From positions 1,344,001 through 1,408,000 of the forward strand of contig CAWCYI010000006.1 in NCBI GenBank assembly GCA_963799845.1: a DNA stretch of 64,000 nt, given 5' to 3'. The translations under genes were made by a program, and so were the position numbers. Below, piece by piece: positions 1 through 10,589 of the stretch (positions within the stretch are counted from its first letter, which is position 1; each line of letters starts with the position of its first letter). Source of the DNA: an uncultured Nitrososphaerota archaeon (GTDB taxonomy: Archaea; Thermoproteota; Nitrososphaeria; Nitrososphaerales; CADDZS01). The notes under the pieces were generated by a model. The model ran no database searches and was not told where the DNA came from. It worked only from the letters and a program-made list of their open reading frames with translations.

Positions 1-4
1 AATT

Positions 5-163
5 CTAGTCTGCCATCAGGTCTTCCATTACGATGATTGTCGCGTTGTGTCCGGGTAACCCGCACACTCCGCCCCCTGGATGACTTGCTGGACTGCACAT
101 ATACAACCCCCGGATTGGAGTTCTGTATTCTGACCAATTCGGGAAAGGCTTCAGTGCCAGGGA
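5..163 (-). pseudogene. C-terminal remnant of phytoene-desaturase-like FAD oxidoreductase (COG1233-type)
   Basis: Manual minus-strand translation gives LKPFPNWSEYRTPIRGLYMCSPASHPGGGVCGLPGHNA...*, the family's typical C-terminal motif. An in-frame TAA lies immediately upstream, with no N-terminal part. Confidence 0.7.
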
Positions 164-571
164 TTAATCCAACGTTGGCTTGTCCAAAATGAGGATCCGA
201 TATGCATCGATTTGACCGCCATCCCGTAATGCTCGTCATCCAACACGAACATTGGATTGCTGCTTGGAGCCGCGGCGAACTTTCGTTCTGGCGCTTCCTC
301 TCCATTGTATCCAACATTTCTCATCCTTCTTGTTTTTGGATTTCCGGGTGAGGATTCATACATTACTTGATTTCAGAAGTCACGACATGACATCGTTCGG
401 TATTATGCCATTTTGCCTTGTTGATCAGTTTAGCGGTCTGCGAAAAGCATTCAGTTTTCGAGGTTGTTCTAGAAATTCTAGTTGGAATTTGAGGCAACCA
501 ATTGGAACAACTTACGGCTCTGCTCGAAAAAACCGGAACAGATTCACACGGGGGCGCTCACTGTTACGAAG

Positions 572-589
572 AGAGGACCGCCGGTGGGA
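572..589 (-). repeat. Copy of the tRNA-His 3' end (putative distal att site of island)
   Basis: AGAGGACCGCCGGTGGGA matches 11971-11988 (AGAGGGCCGCCGGTGGGA) at 17/18 in the same orientation. Confidence 0.7.
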
Positions 590-756
590 CTATTATCTGT
601 TCCTTTCAAATCCCACCGTCATGATCGAAAAGATAAATCCGTGGATAGGTGACTTGGGTAAGAATTGTTCAGAAGAACATGGCTTTTGTTCATGGCGGGT
701 GCAAATCCTCGGGCGGGATTAGGAACCTTCGGGACACAATCCCCAACATAGTCAAG

Positions 757-788
757 TGCGGGGGGCGGGAATTGAACTTTAGGTTCGA
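757..788 (-). repeat. tRNA-Leu-like 3'-end fragment, copy 1 of a ~31-bp direct repeat
   Basis: Reverse complement reads GTTCAATT-CCCGC-CCCCCGC-A (T-loop, T-stem, acceptor, discriminator). Near-identical to 11679-11709, including the flanking TTGAACTTTAGGTTC. Confidence 0.65.
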
Positions 789-1042
789 TGCGGTCTTTTT
801 TGCTATCTTTGACAACTCTCTCGAATAGAAGTCATCCACAATCGGCAAAAGGGATGGGATTTGACCCTAATTATCTTCAAATCGTAGTCGCAAACAATAC
901 CATTCTCTCGCATCCTTGACCAGCAATTAAAATAGAAGTTCTATTTTGCTCTGCGAAGAAAGGATGGTAAAGCCCTGAACATCGTCCAATGGTTACAATA
1001 GCTTTAACTCAATTAGAGTCAGTCCAATTTCTCGATACGTCT

Positions 1043-2395
1043 ATGGAAGCTCCTAAAATCAGTGTGATTGGAGCCGGAAGTGCTGAATTTTCTGTTTCCC
1101 TTGTTAGAGATATCTGTCTGACAGATGGTCTAGTCCGAAGCACTATCTCGCTCATGGATACAAACAAGCAAAGGCTTGATGCAATCTATGCTATGGCTAC
1201 AAGGTATGCCGAAAAACTAGGGAAAAAAATAAGATTTGAGAAGACAACTTCAAGGGCCAACACTCTCCAAGACTCAGACTTTGTCGTGAACACCGCTTTG
1301 GTCACCGGACACGAGAGAGAAGAGCGAATGAGAGAAGCCGCCCAAAAGGAGGGTTATTACAGAGGTCTTGATGCGAATTGTGGTTTAGCGATATGTCTGA
1401 AAGATCATCATCAATACAGGCTTTTTCTCGACTTGGCTCAGGACATGCATGATATATGCCCCTCTGCCTGGCTCCTACAAGTCGCTAACCCGATGTACGA
1501 AGGCATGACTCTGCTGCTAAGAAAAAGCAAAGTCAAGTCTCTCGCAGGTTTTTGTCATGGAGGACAACACGGGATGGAGGCTATCGCTGGAGCACTAGGA
1601 ATCAATTATGACGAAATGTATTATCAGGTCGCAGGTTTCAACCATTGGATTTTCCTCACCCAATTCCGCTACAAGGGTGAGGATGCGACTCCTCTTGTGG
1701 ACGAATGGATATCAAAAAGAGCTGAGAATTTTTGGAAGACTAACGATCTGATATTTCAACAGACAATGAGCAGAGCTGCTGTTGACATGTATAAACTGTG
1801 GGAGCTTTACCCTATAGGCGATACAGCCAGGTCAGGCCTCTGGAAGTATCATTATGATCTTAAGACTAAGAAGAAATGGTATGGCAAATACGGTGGGTTT
1901 GACTCGGAGATAGGTTGGGGAATTTACCTAAAGAAGCTTGAGAATAGAACGATGAGAATCGCAAGTTTGTTAGACAAACCGATAAGTGCCCTAATGAACG
2001 CATTTCCTCCTAAAAAGAGTTCGGACAGCATCGTGACATTCATCAATGCTATGACGAACGGTACTCGAGAAAGGCTCATCCTCAATATTCGCAATAACGG
2101 CGTAATTCGTGGTGTCCCACAAGATATGGCAGTTGAGGTGCCGTGCTTAATCGATAAAGGTAAGATCCATCCCGAGAAAGTCTCATTCTCTTCAGATACT
2201 ATGAATAGGGTTATGATTCCTAGGATAAACCGAGCCGAACTTGCTCTAAATTCCTTTCTAAGTGGCAGAAAGGACATTCTCTTAGAGATACTATACCGAG
2301 ACCCTCGGACGAGAAGCGATGCTCAGGCTCAAAATGCATTGGATGCAGTTTTCTCCCTTCCTTTCAACAAGGACTTGTGTAAATATTACAATTAG
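1043..2395 (+). CDS. Glycoside hydrolase family 4 (NAD+-dependent alpha-glucosidase/galactosidase/galacturonidase-like)
   Basis: KISVIGAGS Rossmann motif, ANP motif, GFCHG Cys motif and AGFNH. Confidence 0.9.
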   Translation: MEAPKISVIGAGSAEFSVSLVRDICLTDGLVRSTISLMDTNKQRLDAIYAMATRYAEKLGKKIRFEKTTSRANTLQDSDFVVNTALVTGHEREERMREAAQKEGYYRGLDANCGLAICLKDHHQYRLFLDLAQDMHDICPSAWLLQVANPMYEGMTLLLRKSKVKSLAGFCHGGQHGMEAIAGALGINYDEMYYQVAGFNHWIFLTQFRYKGEDATPLVDEWISKRAENFWKTNDLIFQQTMSRAAVDMYKLWELYPIGDTARSGLWKYHYDLKTKKKWYGKYGGFDSEIGWGIYLKKLENRTMRIASLLDKPISALMNAFPPKKSSDSIVTFINAMTNGTRERLILNIRNNGVIRGVPQDMAVEVPCLIDKGKIHPEKVSFSSDTMNRVMIPRINRAELALNSFLSGRKDILLEILYRDPRTRSDAQAQNALDAVFSLPFNKDLCKYYN

Positions 2396-2647
2396 GTTAG
2401 AATTATTATCTCGAAATCGGTCCAGACTAAAAGTTTGGCCGATTCCATATGCTGTAACAGTCCTAGTAACGAAAGTTGGTTGAATCTTTGAAACGGTCGA
2501 AAAAATCTTCGAAATCAATTACAATTCGCTTCCTCAGTCTAAGGATATATCGACCATCAAAGGAATGAAACAGACAGCAACGATAAAGTGATGTAACTCC
2601 AGGCAAAGCCGAATACCTTATGACTACATACCTGCCCATTTGTAATC

Positions 2648-4126
2648 ATGACTGATTTCTTTGTAGAACCTGAAAGAAAGACTCCAATAATGTTCAAAGA
2701 ACCATTTGATGTGGTTGTTGTTGGGGGTGGGTCCGCAGGGATAGCTGCATCTCTAGCGGCAGCCAGAAATGGAGCCAAAACCATCTTGATAGAGCAACAT
2801 GGAACACTTGGGGGTACTTCGACTTTGGGACTTTGTGATAACTTTGATGGGATTGATCGTTCTGTGCAAGGAGGAATATTTATCGAGATGCTCGATAGAC
2901 TTCGCGCCGAAAATGCCGCGTTGGAGCGATGGGAAGGATTGTACGATCGAGAGATCCTCAAAAGGATTGCGTTTGAGCTTATGGAAAAGTCAGGTGTTAA
3001 CCTTCTGCTGTATGCGCATGCAGTCTCCGTGGTAAAAGAAGATAATGAGATTCGAGCGGTCATTATAGAAGGCAAGTCAGGTCGTTTAGCCGTTACCGGA
3101 AAAGTATTCATTGATGCATCGGCCGACGCCGATATTTCCCAAAGGGCAGGCGCTCGCATAATGAAAGGAGGAAAAGATGGTCGCAGCCAAGCTATAACGC
3201 TTTTGTTTGTAATTTCTGGGTTCGACATTGAGAAGGTAAAGCAATTTCAAGAGAGCATTTCTTTGGGATGGGAAGGTCCCTGCTCTTGCTTGCACGGCAG
3301 AATAAAGAATGCAGGGTGCACTTGTGGAAGACTCTTCTTTGTTCCTCATCAGATGGTAAAAAAAGCAAGAGATAGTGGAGAATTATATTTGACGCACGAA
3401 GGTCTCGGCGGTTGGTTCTTGTTGAGGCAAGGTCAGCTTCACTTTAACTCCATTCACATCATTGGTATTGATCCATTAGATATTCAACAGCTCACGCGCG
3501 CGGAAATTGAAGCAAGAAAGCAGGTCACATCAATCTTGAATTTCTTGAAAAAGAACGTATCTGGCTTTGAAAATGCCTACGTTTTAACCACGGCAAGCAT
3601 GATCGGAGTCAGAGAAAGCGCCAGGATAGTTGGAGATTATGTACTCGAGGAAGAATCCACGACAAGTGGTGAAAGTTTTCCAGACTCAATTGGCATCGGA
3701 AATTACATTCAAGATCTTCACGGTCCAGACGAATTTCATTATTTTCTTCCGGCTCATTATGTAATTCCTTTCGATATTCCATATCGTACTCTTTTAGTTA
3801 AAGGCATAGACAATCTCCTTGTGGCTGGAAGATGTATATCGACTGACTTTAGGACTCAGTCGATTACAAGGCAGATTCCAGTTTGTTATCAGACAGGAGA
3901 AGCGGCTGGCATTGCTGCAGCTCTCGCAACAATGAAAGGAATTTCTATAAGACACATTGAAATCGAAGACTTACAATCCATCCTAATAAAACAAGGTGGC
4001 AAAATCCTCAGGACTATTCAAAATTTGAAATCGATCAACGAGAAGTACGATCGTCAGAATAAGATTTTCAAAAGGCTTGATGATATGCGGGATATGTCGA
4101 AACCAGAATTATATTCTTCCGGATAA
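2648..4126 (+). CDS. FAD-dependent oxidoreductase (FAD_oxidored/PF12831-like)
   Basis: DVVVVGGGSAG, FIDASADAD, GVRESARIVG and IPYRTL...NLLVAGRCIS motifs. Confidence 0.85.
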   Translation: MTDFFVEPERKTPIMFKEPFDVVVVGGGSAGIAASLAAARNGAKTILIEQHGTLGGTSTLGLCDNFDGIDRSVQGGIFIEMLDRLRAENAALERWEGLYDREILKRIAFELMEKSGVNLLLYAHAVSVVKEDNEIRAVIIEGKSGRLAVTGKVFIDASADADISQRAGARIMKGGKDGRSQAITLLFVISGFDIEKVKQFQESISLGWEGPCSCLHGRIKNAGCTCGRLFFVPHQMVKKARDSGELYLTHEGLGGWFLLRQGQLHFNSIHIIGIDPLDIQQLTRAEIEARKQVTSILNFLKKNVSGFENAYVLTTASMIGVRESARIVGDYVLEEESTTSGESFPDSIGIGNYIQDLHGPDEFHYFLPAHYVIPFDIPYRTLLVKGIDNLLVAGRCISTDFRTQSITRQIPVCYQTGEAAGIAAALATMKGISIRHIEIEDLQSILIKQGGKILRTIQNLKSINEKYDRQNKIFKRLDDMRDMSKPELYSSG

Positions 4127-4197
4127 GTAAGGGCGGTAATATTAATTATATCAGTAGAAATGTGGAGAATTAGCAAGAATTCTATTACTGGTGTTTC

Positions 4198-5088
4198 CTA
4201 AAGTCCTCTTTCCCTCTGCAGCGCGACCTTGAGTCCGTCTCCCAAGAGTGCAAATCCTATCGTGACTATGACGATTACTGCTGCGGGAATAAGAGGTAAC
4301 CACGGATACAAAATAATATACTGTTGATACTCGGCGACCATGAGTCCCCAATCAGGGGCGGGAGGCGAGACTGAAAATCCAAGGTATGCCAATCCAGAGT
4401 AAGCCAGAACAACCATGCCTATGTCGAAAGTTGCATAAGTAAGTAGAGTTGCGCTCGCTATTCGGAAAATGTGACGAAAGAGTATCCTAGAGGATGATAG
4501 TCCAGAAAGTTTCGCCGACTCTACAAATGAGCTATTGGTTAACTTCAGAGCTTCCGACCTCGCAATTCTGGCATAAGGCGGCCACCAAAGAACAGTCAGA
4601 GCAAACGTGAGATTAAGAACACTCGGGCCAAGAACAGAGACAATTACAATAGCCAGAATTAAACCTGGAATGACAAAAAAAATATCTGTAAGTCTCATCA
4701 GAATTTCATCGAGTATGCCACCTCTGAAACCAGCAGTTGATCCAAAAACACCGCCGACAAAGAACGAAAAACCGACAACACAGAAGCTGACTAAAGCGTC
4801 GTTTGGAGTTCCCGCAATTACTCTGCTGAGCATGTCCCTACCGAAATCCTCGGTTCCAAAAGGATGAGTGAACGTTGGAGGGAGGAAAGTTTTTCCAACC
4901 GTAGCTAAAGGATTATACGGAAGAATTCGGTCACCAAACACTGCGACCAATATTGCGCTACCGACGAATATTGAAACAATAAGGAATCCAATCTTAGTTT
5001 CATAATTGAAGGTAACAAAAGTCCACAGGTTGCCTAAACGTCGATGCATTCTTTGCTCTATACGCTGATACATCTCGTTCGCTCCCAC
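4198..5088 (-). CDS. Dpp/Opp-family ABC transporter permease (DppC-like)
   Basis: HPFGTEDFGRD, EAA-like loop FVESAKLSG, PPAPDWG and hydrophobic helices. Confidence 0.9.
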   Translation of the reverse strand: MGANEMYQRIEQRMHRRLGNLWTFVTFNYETKIGFLIVSIFVGSAILVAVFGDRILPYNPLATVGKTFLPPTFTHPFGTEDFGRDMLSRVIAGTPNDALVSFCVVGFSFFVGGVFGSTAGFRGGILDEILMRLTDIFFVIPGLILAIVIVSVLGPSVLNLTFALTVLWWPPYARIARSEALKLTNSSFVESAKLSGLSSSRILFRHIFRIASATLLTYATFDIGMVVLAYSGLAYLGFSVSPPAPDWGLMVAEYQQYIILYPWLPLIPAAVIVIVTIGFALLGDGLKVALQRERGL

Positions 5089-5130
5089 AAATTCTAGGAA
5101 ATAAAATGGATGTACTATCCCAAATGTGGC

Positions 5131-6147
5131 TCAGAGCCTTACTCGCGGGTCAACAGCTGCATATAGGATGTCTGCTGACAAATTCACGGCTACAACAAAG
5201 ACTGCATAAACTAGAGTAACGCCGAAAAGGCCGGCATAATCAAATGCTAATGCAGTTTGCAACGCATACCTTCCCATGCCTGGGTAAGAAAAAATCTGCT
5301 CTACAAAAAGATCTCCGATTAAGGTAAAGGTAAAAACTAAGGACGATAGAGTTACAAGCTCGATTAAAGAGTTCTTGAAAGCATAACGGTACAGTACCTG
5401 CGAAGATGAAACACCTCGCGCTTTTGCAGCTCGAACAAAATTGCTTCCTAGTTTCTCAATTAAGGACGATCTTAAGATTCTTGTCATCATTCCGTAGTTA
5501 GTTATAGCTAATGCCACGCTTGGTAAAATCAAATGCTGAATAAGACTTCCAAAAGCTTGCAATTTTCCTTCAAGTAACGCATCAATGAGTGGAAATCCGG
5601 TAATTGGACGAGGGAGCTGAATTGTAAGTCCTATCAGTCCTCCACTTGGCAGTATAGGAATTACATAAGAGAAAACAACTACGAAAAGAAGAGCTATCAA
5701 AAAGGGTGGAGAGCCTTGTCCCAGCATATATAGCAGCCTAGTCACCTTGTCCGGAAGTCTCCCAGCGAAACTCGCCGACAACAAAGCCCCGGCAAGACTT
5801 AGGAGAATTGTGATCACTACCGAAAGAACTACTAATTGCAGTGTTATAGGTAATGTCTGAGAGATTGCTTGCGAAACTAATTCATCTTTCGTAAATGAGA
5901 ATCCGAGCTGCAAGTGAAGAAGCCCATTTATGTAATAGAAAAACTGGATGTAAAGAGGATCGTTCAAATGATATGTGCGATCATATAACGCGGCCAAACC
6001 CGGATTGAACAGTGCGGTCTTCCCAAGCCAAGCGACCAAAGGATTGAAGGATAATGAATGCGCAAGCGTGAAAGTAATTACGGTGACTCCGAGGAGGACA
6101 CCAAAGCCCGTGCCAATCCTTCTCACGATAAATCCTAGCAGGCTCAT
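5131..6147 (-). CDS. Dpp/Opp-family ABC transporter permease (DppB-like)
   Basis: HLILP, FVRAAKARG, VEQIFSYPGMG and C-terminal DPRVR. Confidence 0.9.
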   Translation of the reverse strand: MSLLGFIVRRIGTGFGVLLGVTVITFTLAHSLSFNPLVAWLGKTALFNPGLAALYDRTYHLNDPLYIQFFYYINGLLHLQLGFSFTKDELVSQAISQTLPITLQLVVLSVVITILLSLAGALLSASFAGRLPDKVTRLLYMLGQGSPPFLIALLFVVVFSYVIPILPSGGLIGLTIQLPRPITGFPLIDALLEGKLQAFGSLIQHLILPSVALAITNYGMMTRILRSSLIEKLGSNFVRAAKARGVSSSQVLYRYAFKNSLIELVTLSSLVFTFTLIGDLFVEQIFSYPGMGRYALQTALAFDYAGLFGVTLVYAVFVVAVNLSADILYAAVDPRVRL

Positions 6148-6237
6148 CTAAGAACACGCACAAGAAGGCGGAGCCGAAATTTCCTTTGACTCAGGGAAAT
6201 CGTACGATTACCCCAATGCTAATGATTGTTGACTATA

Positions 6238-8199
6238 TCATCCAGGTTGAATCGTGTTTAGAGCAGGGAGATCGCTCACACCGGTGTCATCAGGTACCAT
6301 CAAGAGTCCAGCCACAGCCGCTTTGCTATAGACCCAAGAACCATCAGTGAAAAGTAGTTTTGGAGCAAACAACCAAGCAAAAGGCGCAGCATTGTAGACC
6401 TGCTGCTGAGCAATCTTAAGTTCAGCTAATGTCGCCGCCGTGTTATTCCCGGATAATAGAGTTAGAGCTGTGTCGGCTGCAGGACTATTATACATCGACC
6501 AGTCTCCAGCAGCAGAAGAATTCGTAACGAATGTTGTCCAGTAATCTGAAGGAGCAAGGTAGTCTGGACAGAAAGCGCTACTACTTCCCAGCAATATATT
6601 GGGAACAATGGAAGGATCCTTTATCAGGGTACCATAGGGAACCGTGAGTATTTGCGAAACGATGTAGCTCCTGGCTTCGACCTGTAACGACACTTTGATT
6701 CCGATCTGAGCGAGGCCTTGTTGAATTATCTCCGCTGCTGGTAGAGCCCAAGTCGTAGATCCGCTGTTGACAACAAGTGGCATTGTTGGAAGACCAGTCC
6801 CGTTTGGAAAGCCAGCAGCTGAAAGATATTGATTAGCTTCTGTAATATTGAAATCATAGGGAGGAAGATTGCCTGGATCATAATATTGGCCATAGTTAGG
6901 CGTCTCAGGCCCCATAACTGGTATCGCCTGACCTGAAACAGCTTGATCAATTATGGCTGTATAATTTATTGCATGTACAATTGCTTGCCTAACATCCGTG
7001 ATATTAGTCGGATAAATCTGAGTGTTGAGACCCATTCTAACTATGCACGCCGGGTAGGGAAGCGAAATATATCCAAACTGTGGGCTCTGCTGTACAGCTT
7101 GAAAATTCGCCCCCTCCACTTGTGCTATTTGCGCTTTCGAGCTTGAAAGGTCGAGGTACTCTGAAGTCGGATTGGGAACTTGGTTCACTACTATAGTCCC
7201 AAATTGTCCTGGTTGAATCAGAGGGTTTTCTGAATCCTCAGTTGTTGTCAAGTTATTACCCCAATATCCAGAGTTTTTCGTGAAGGTAAGAGATGAGTCA
7301 ACAGCGATGTTCGACATAACATATGGGCCAGTTCCTGGGGGAGGATTCGCGTTCAGGTAAGCGTTCGGAGAGACAGGAGTCCCAGGTCCACCATGTTGCA
7401 TAATGTACAACGGATCAAACATCATACTTCCCCAACCGACAAATGAGTTCAGAAAGAATTGGAAAGGCGTGCTCAAATGGAACACTATTCTGTCCGGGCT
7501 AGTGACATACACCGGCCAAGACGAATTGGACATTAAAGCCATTAATTGAGATGAAGGATTTGCCAAGCTAGTGCCGTTCATCAAAGAAAGCGTCGCAGGA
7601 CCAAACTCAACGGCAGATGAGTTAAAAATTGGAAGTGGTACCCAGAAGAATGTTGAATTCGAGGAGGCATAGTAGAAGAGGTAAAAGTCTTCCCAAGCTG
7701 TGTATGCATTGAATGAATCTCCGTTTGAAAACTGAATGCCAGTTCTAATGTTGAAGGTATACGTCTCACCATCGGAGGACACGTTCCAACTAGAGGCTAA
7801 CCCTGGTAAGAATTGAATTTGTCCCGAATACTCTGCTGCTGTCGCATTCATAACAACAAGTGGTTGATAAACTGCATATTCCTGCCAGTAGGGATAGGGA
7901 AACGCTAATGGATCCAGAGAAGGACTCGGCCAAGTCGGATCATCGATAATGAGTGTAGACGGGACAGCAGAAGTTGATGTTGTCGAAGTTGACGTGGACA
8001 GAGAACTTGCTGCGGTGGTAGAAATTGAGCTTGATGCTGTAGTCAAAGTCGAGCTAGTCGCGATTGAAGAGGAAGTAGTAGTAGTTGAACTCGTACTTAG
8101 AGAAACATAGACAGCGGCCGCTGCGATAATGAGAATGACGACAACTATCGCGACAATAATAAGAATAGTTCTGGCAATTGCATTTTTGTTTCTGTCCAT
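6238..8199 (-). CDS. ABC transporter substrate-binding protein (family 5), membrane-anchored
   Basis: N-terminal hydrophobic helix and S/T-rich linker, followed by LASSWNVSSDGETYTF, GTGPY and VRQAIVHAIN. Confidence 0.9.
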   Translation of the reverse strand: MDRNKNAIARTILIIVAIVVVILIIAAAAVYVSLSTSSTTTTSSSIATSSTLTTASSSISTTAASSLSTSTSTTSTSAVPSTLIIDDPTWPSPSLDPLAFPYPYWQEYAVYQPLVVMNATAAEYSGQIQFLPGLASSWNVSSDGETYTFNIRTGIQFSNGDSFNAYTAWEDFYLFYYASSNSTFFWVPLPIFNSSAVEFGPATLSLMNGTSLANPSSQLMALMSNSSWPVYVTSPDRIVFHLSTPFQFFLNSFVGWGSMMFDPLYIMQHGGPGTPVSPNAYLNANPPPGTGPYVMSNIAVDSSLTFTKNSGYWGNNLTTTEDSENPLIQPGQFGTIVVNQVPNPTSEYLDLSSSKAQIAQVEGANFQAVQQSPQFGYISLPYPACIVRMGLNTQIYPTNITDVRQAIVHAINYTAIIDQAVSGQAIPVMGPETPNYGQYYDPGNLPPYDFNITEANQYLSAAGFPNGTGLPTMPLVVNSGSTTWALPAAEIIQQGLAQIGIKVSLQVEARSYIVSQILTVPYGTLIKDPSIVPNILLGSSSAFCPDYLAPSDYWTTFVTNSSAAGDWSMYNSPAADTALTLLSGNNTAATLAELKIAQQQVYNAAPFAWLFAPKLLFTDGSWVYSKAAVAGLLMVPDDTGVSDLPALNTIQPG

Positions 8200-8450
8200 T
8201 TTCAGCAATCCCGTTCAAATACATGCGCATAAATAAACGTTACGTGAAAGAACGAGAGAAAAAATTCAAAACAGAATTCGAGTCCTTAACTTTCACACTT
8301 TGAATCCGAATCATAGTTTCCAACCAAGCTAATTATAGATTGAAAATAAGAGTTGAATCCTGTCACTTATGCAGCAATTGTCGCTATTACGCCCGTTCTG
8401 GTTTTCTGGGCATAAGTCATAAGTTAATAGAATGCATTAGAGTGGCACTA

Positions 8451-9511
8451 ATGGCAGCACAAAAAACACAAGATTCCATTTTGCTGAGGGTTGAACAGCT
8501 TCTCTTGTGTACAAAACTTTCAAACGCTCCATTTATGCATTAGACAAAGTAAACCTTAATGTTAGAAAGAAGGAATTTTTGGCAATAGTTGGCGAATCTG
8601 GTGCAGGAAAAAGTACTCTTGCTCTAACAATAATTGGTCTTTTTCCTTCTTCGGCGACTGTTTCAGGAACTGTAATCTACAAAAATGTGAATCTTCTTGA
8701 TCTCAGTAAGAAAGCGTGGGATGATTATCGTGGCACTGAAATCGGAATGATTTTCCAAGAGCCCGCTAGTTCGCTTAATCCCACCGAAAAGGTAGGAAAG
8801 CAAATGTTAGAGGCTCTAAACATCGAGAAAAAAAGGAGATACGAAAATGCTGGCTCTATGGTTTCTTCAGCTGGTGCTAATGAACAACAAGATAGAATCA
8901 AGGTGGAGAGAAAGGAGAATGAGAAAGCCGAGTTGCAAGAGGTCTACGAGTGGCTGAAAAAGGTCAGAATACCGGACCCGGAAAGCGTGGCGGAAAGATA
9001 TCCCTTCCAGTTGAGCGGAGGAATGATCCAAAGGGTCATGATAGCTATGGCGCTTTCTGAGAGACCGTCTGTGCTTCTAGCTGATGAGCCAACAACCGCC
9101 CTCGACGTGACAACTCAGGCTCAGATATTGAAATTGATGAAGGAGCTGATAGATACTCAAGATACCGCAATAATACTAGTTACTCATGACCTAGGCGTTG
9201 CTGTCCAAGTTGCTGATAGAATAATTGTCACATACGCGGGGAATATTGTAGAAGATGGGAGCACTGAGAGAATATTTAGCAATCCTCTGCATCCTTACAC
9301 CAAGGCTTTGCTTATGTGTTATCCAAAGTCCGCAAAATCGAAGGAGAGATTACAAACCCTTCCGGGCTCGATTCCAGATATGAGCAAGTATATTGTTGGC
9401 TGCAAGTTTTCTGACCGTTGTCCCTACGTGAAAGACATCTGCCGTCAAGCAGATGTGAGATTTGTCGAAGTTGAGCAAGACCACTATGCAAAGTGCACGC
9501 TATACTATTGA
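8451..9511 (+). CDS. ABC transporter ATP-binding protein (DppD-like), with 1-nt frameshift near 8500
   Basis: GESGAGKS, LSGGM, DEPTT and a C-terminal Cys cluster. The N-terminus MAAQK...VEQL joins LVYKTF if one T is added. Confidence 0.88.
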
Positions 9512-10502
9512 AGACAAAGTCGTTCTCAGAGTAGAGAACATTACAAAGAGAATTACTATTAAGACCGGCCGTGGTTTTGGAAAAAAGAAGCCTACCACAC
9601 TAATTAATGATGTTACTTTCGATGTTCATTCTGGCGAGACGCTGGGAATCGTGGGTGAAAGTGGTTCGGGAAAAACCACTTTGTTGCGTGCCCTCGCGAT
9701 GATATCAAAACCATCGTCTGGCAAGTTGATTCTTAATGGAGAATTGGTTTTTGATAACGGCAAAATCATTTCAAATGTAAATGGAAAGATACAGATGGTG
9801 TTTCAGGATCCCGATGCTTCACTAAACCCAATGCTAACTGTGAAGGAATTGGTGAGAGAACCATTAATCCCGTTTAAGCTGAGCAAGGAAGAGAGTTCTA
9901 GTCGGGTTATCAACTCTTTGAAACGGGTCGGTATTGATGACACTTTTCTCGAGAAATTTCCAGCACAATTGAGCGGAGGTCAGAAGCAAAGAGTTAGTAT
10001 CGCTCGTGCGATTGTTCCAAATCCATCTTTGATCTTGCTCGACGAACCTAGCAGTGCATTGGATGCAGCGGTACAAGCGCAGGTTTTGAATCTATTGTTG
10101 GATCTGCAGGAGACTCTTAAACTCACATATATTTTCGTTACTCACAATATCTCCGTTGCTAGATATGTTTCTGATTACATCGCTGTGTTTTACGCAGGAT
10201 CCATTCGGGAGTTCGGCCCTGCTCAAGAAGTACTGAATCATCCAATGCACCCGTACACTTCCACATTGATCGATGCTTTTCCAGTATTGAATCCTTCTGC
10301 TAGAACCCTGCTAAAGACCGAAGTCATGGGCGAACCACCGAGTCTTATTAGCCCTCCGGCCGGATGCAAATTTCATCCGAGGTGCCATTATGCCAGAGAT
10401 GTGTGTAAGTCTAAGGAACCTGATCTGGCTCTAGTTTCAGACGATCATCTAGCCGCTTGCTATTTTGCAAAGGAAATTCAGAATCAAAAGACTCTAAGTT
10501 GA
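9486..10502 (+). CDS. ABC transporter ATP-binding protein (DppF-like)
   Basis: GESGSGKT, LSGGQKQR, LDEP and GCKFHPRC. The start codon is uncertain. Confidence 0.9.
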   Translation: MQSARYTIEDKVVLRVENITKRITIKTGRGFGKKKPTTLINDVTFDVHSGETLGIVGESGSGKTTLLRALAMISKPSSGKLILNGELVFDNGKIISNVNGKIQMVFQDPDASLNPMLTVKELVREPLIPFKLSKEESSSRVINSLKRVGIDDTFLEKFPAQLSGGQKQRVSIARAIVPNPSLILLDEPSSALDAAVQAQVLNLLLDLQETLKLTYIFVTHNISVARYVSDYIAVFYAGSIREFGPAQEVLNHPMHPYTSTLIDAFPVLNPSARTLLKTEVMGEPPSLISPPAGCKFHPRCHYARDVCKSKEPDLALVSDDHLAACYFAKEIQNQKTLS

Positions 10503-10589
10503 CTTGTTAAAGGTCACTATTCGACGGTTGCATCCAGAAACTTTAACCTTAAATCAATTAGCAATTTGAACTTCTCCTTGAGATAAATC

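Noticed and set aside
252-722. 156-aa ORF
   Set aside because: Atypical composition, overlaps the tRNA-fragment scars and has no motif.
2557-3228. Long antisense ORFs (also e.g. 27976-28443 and 32167-32628)
   Set aside because: Shadow frames of well-supported genes on the opposite strand.
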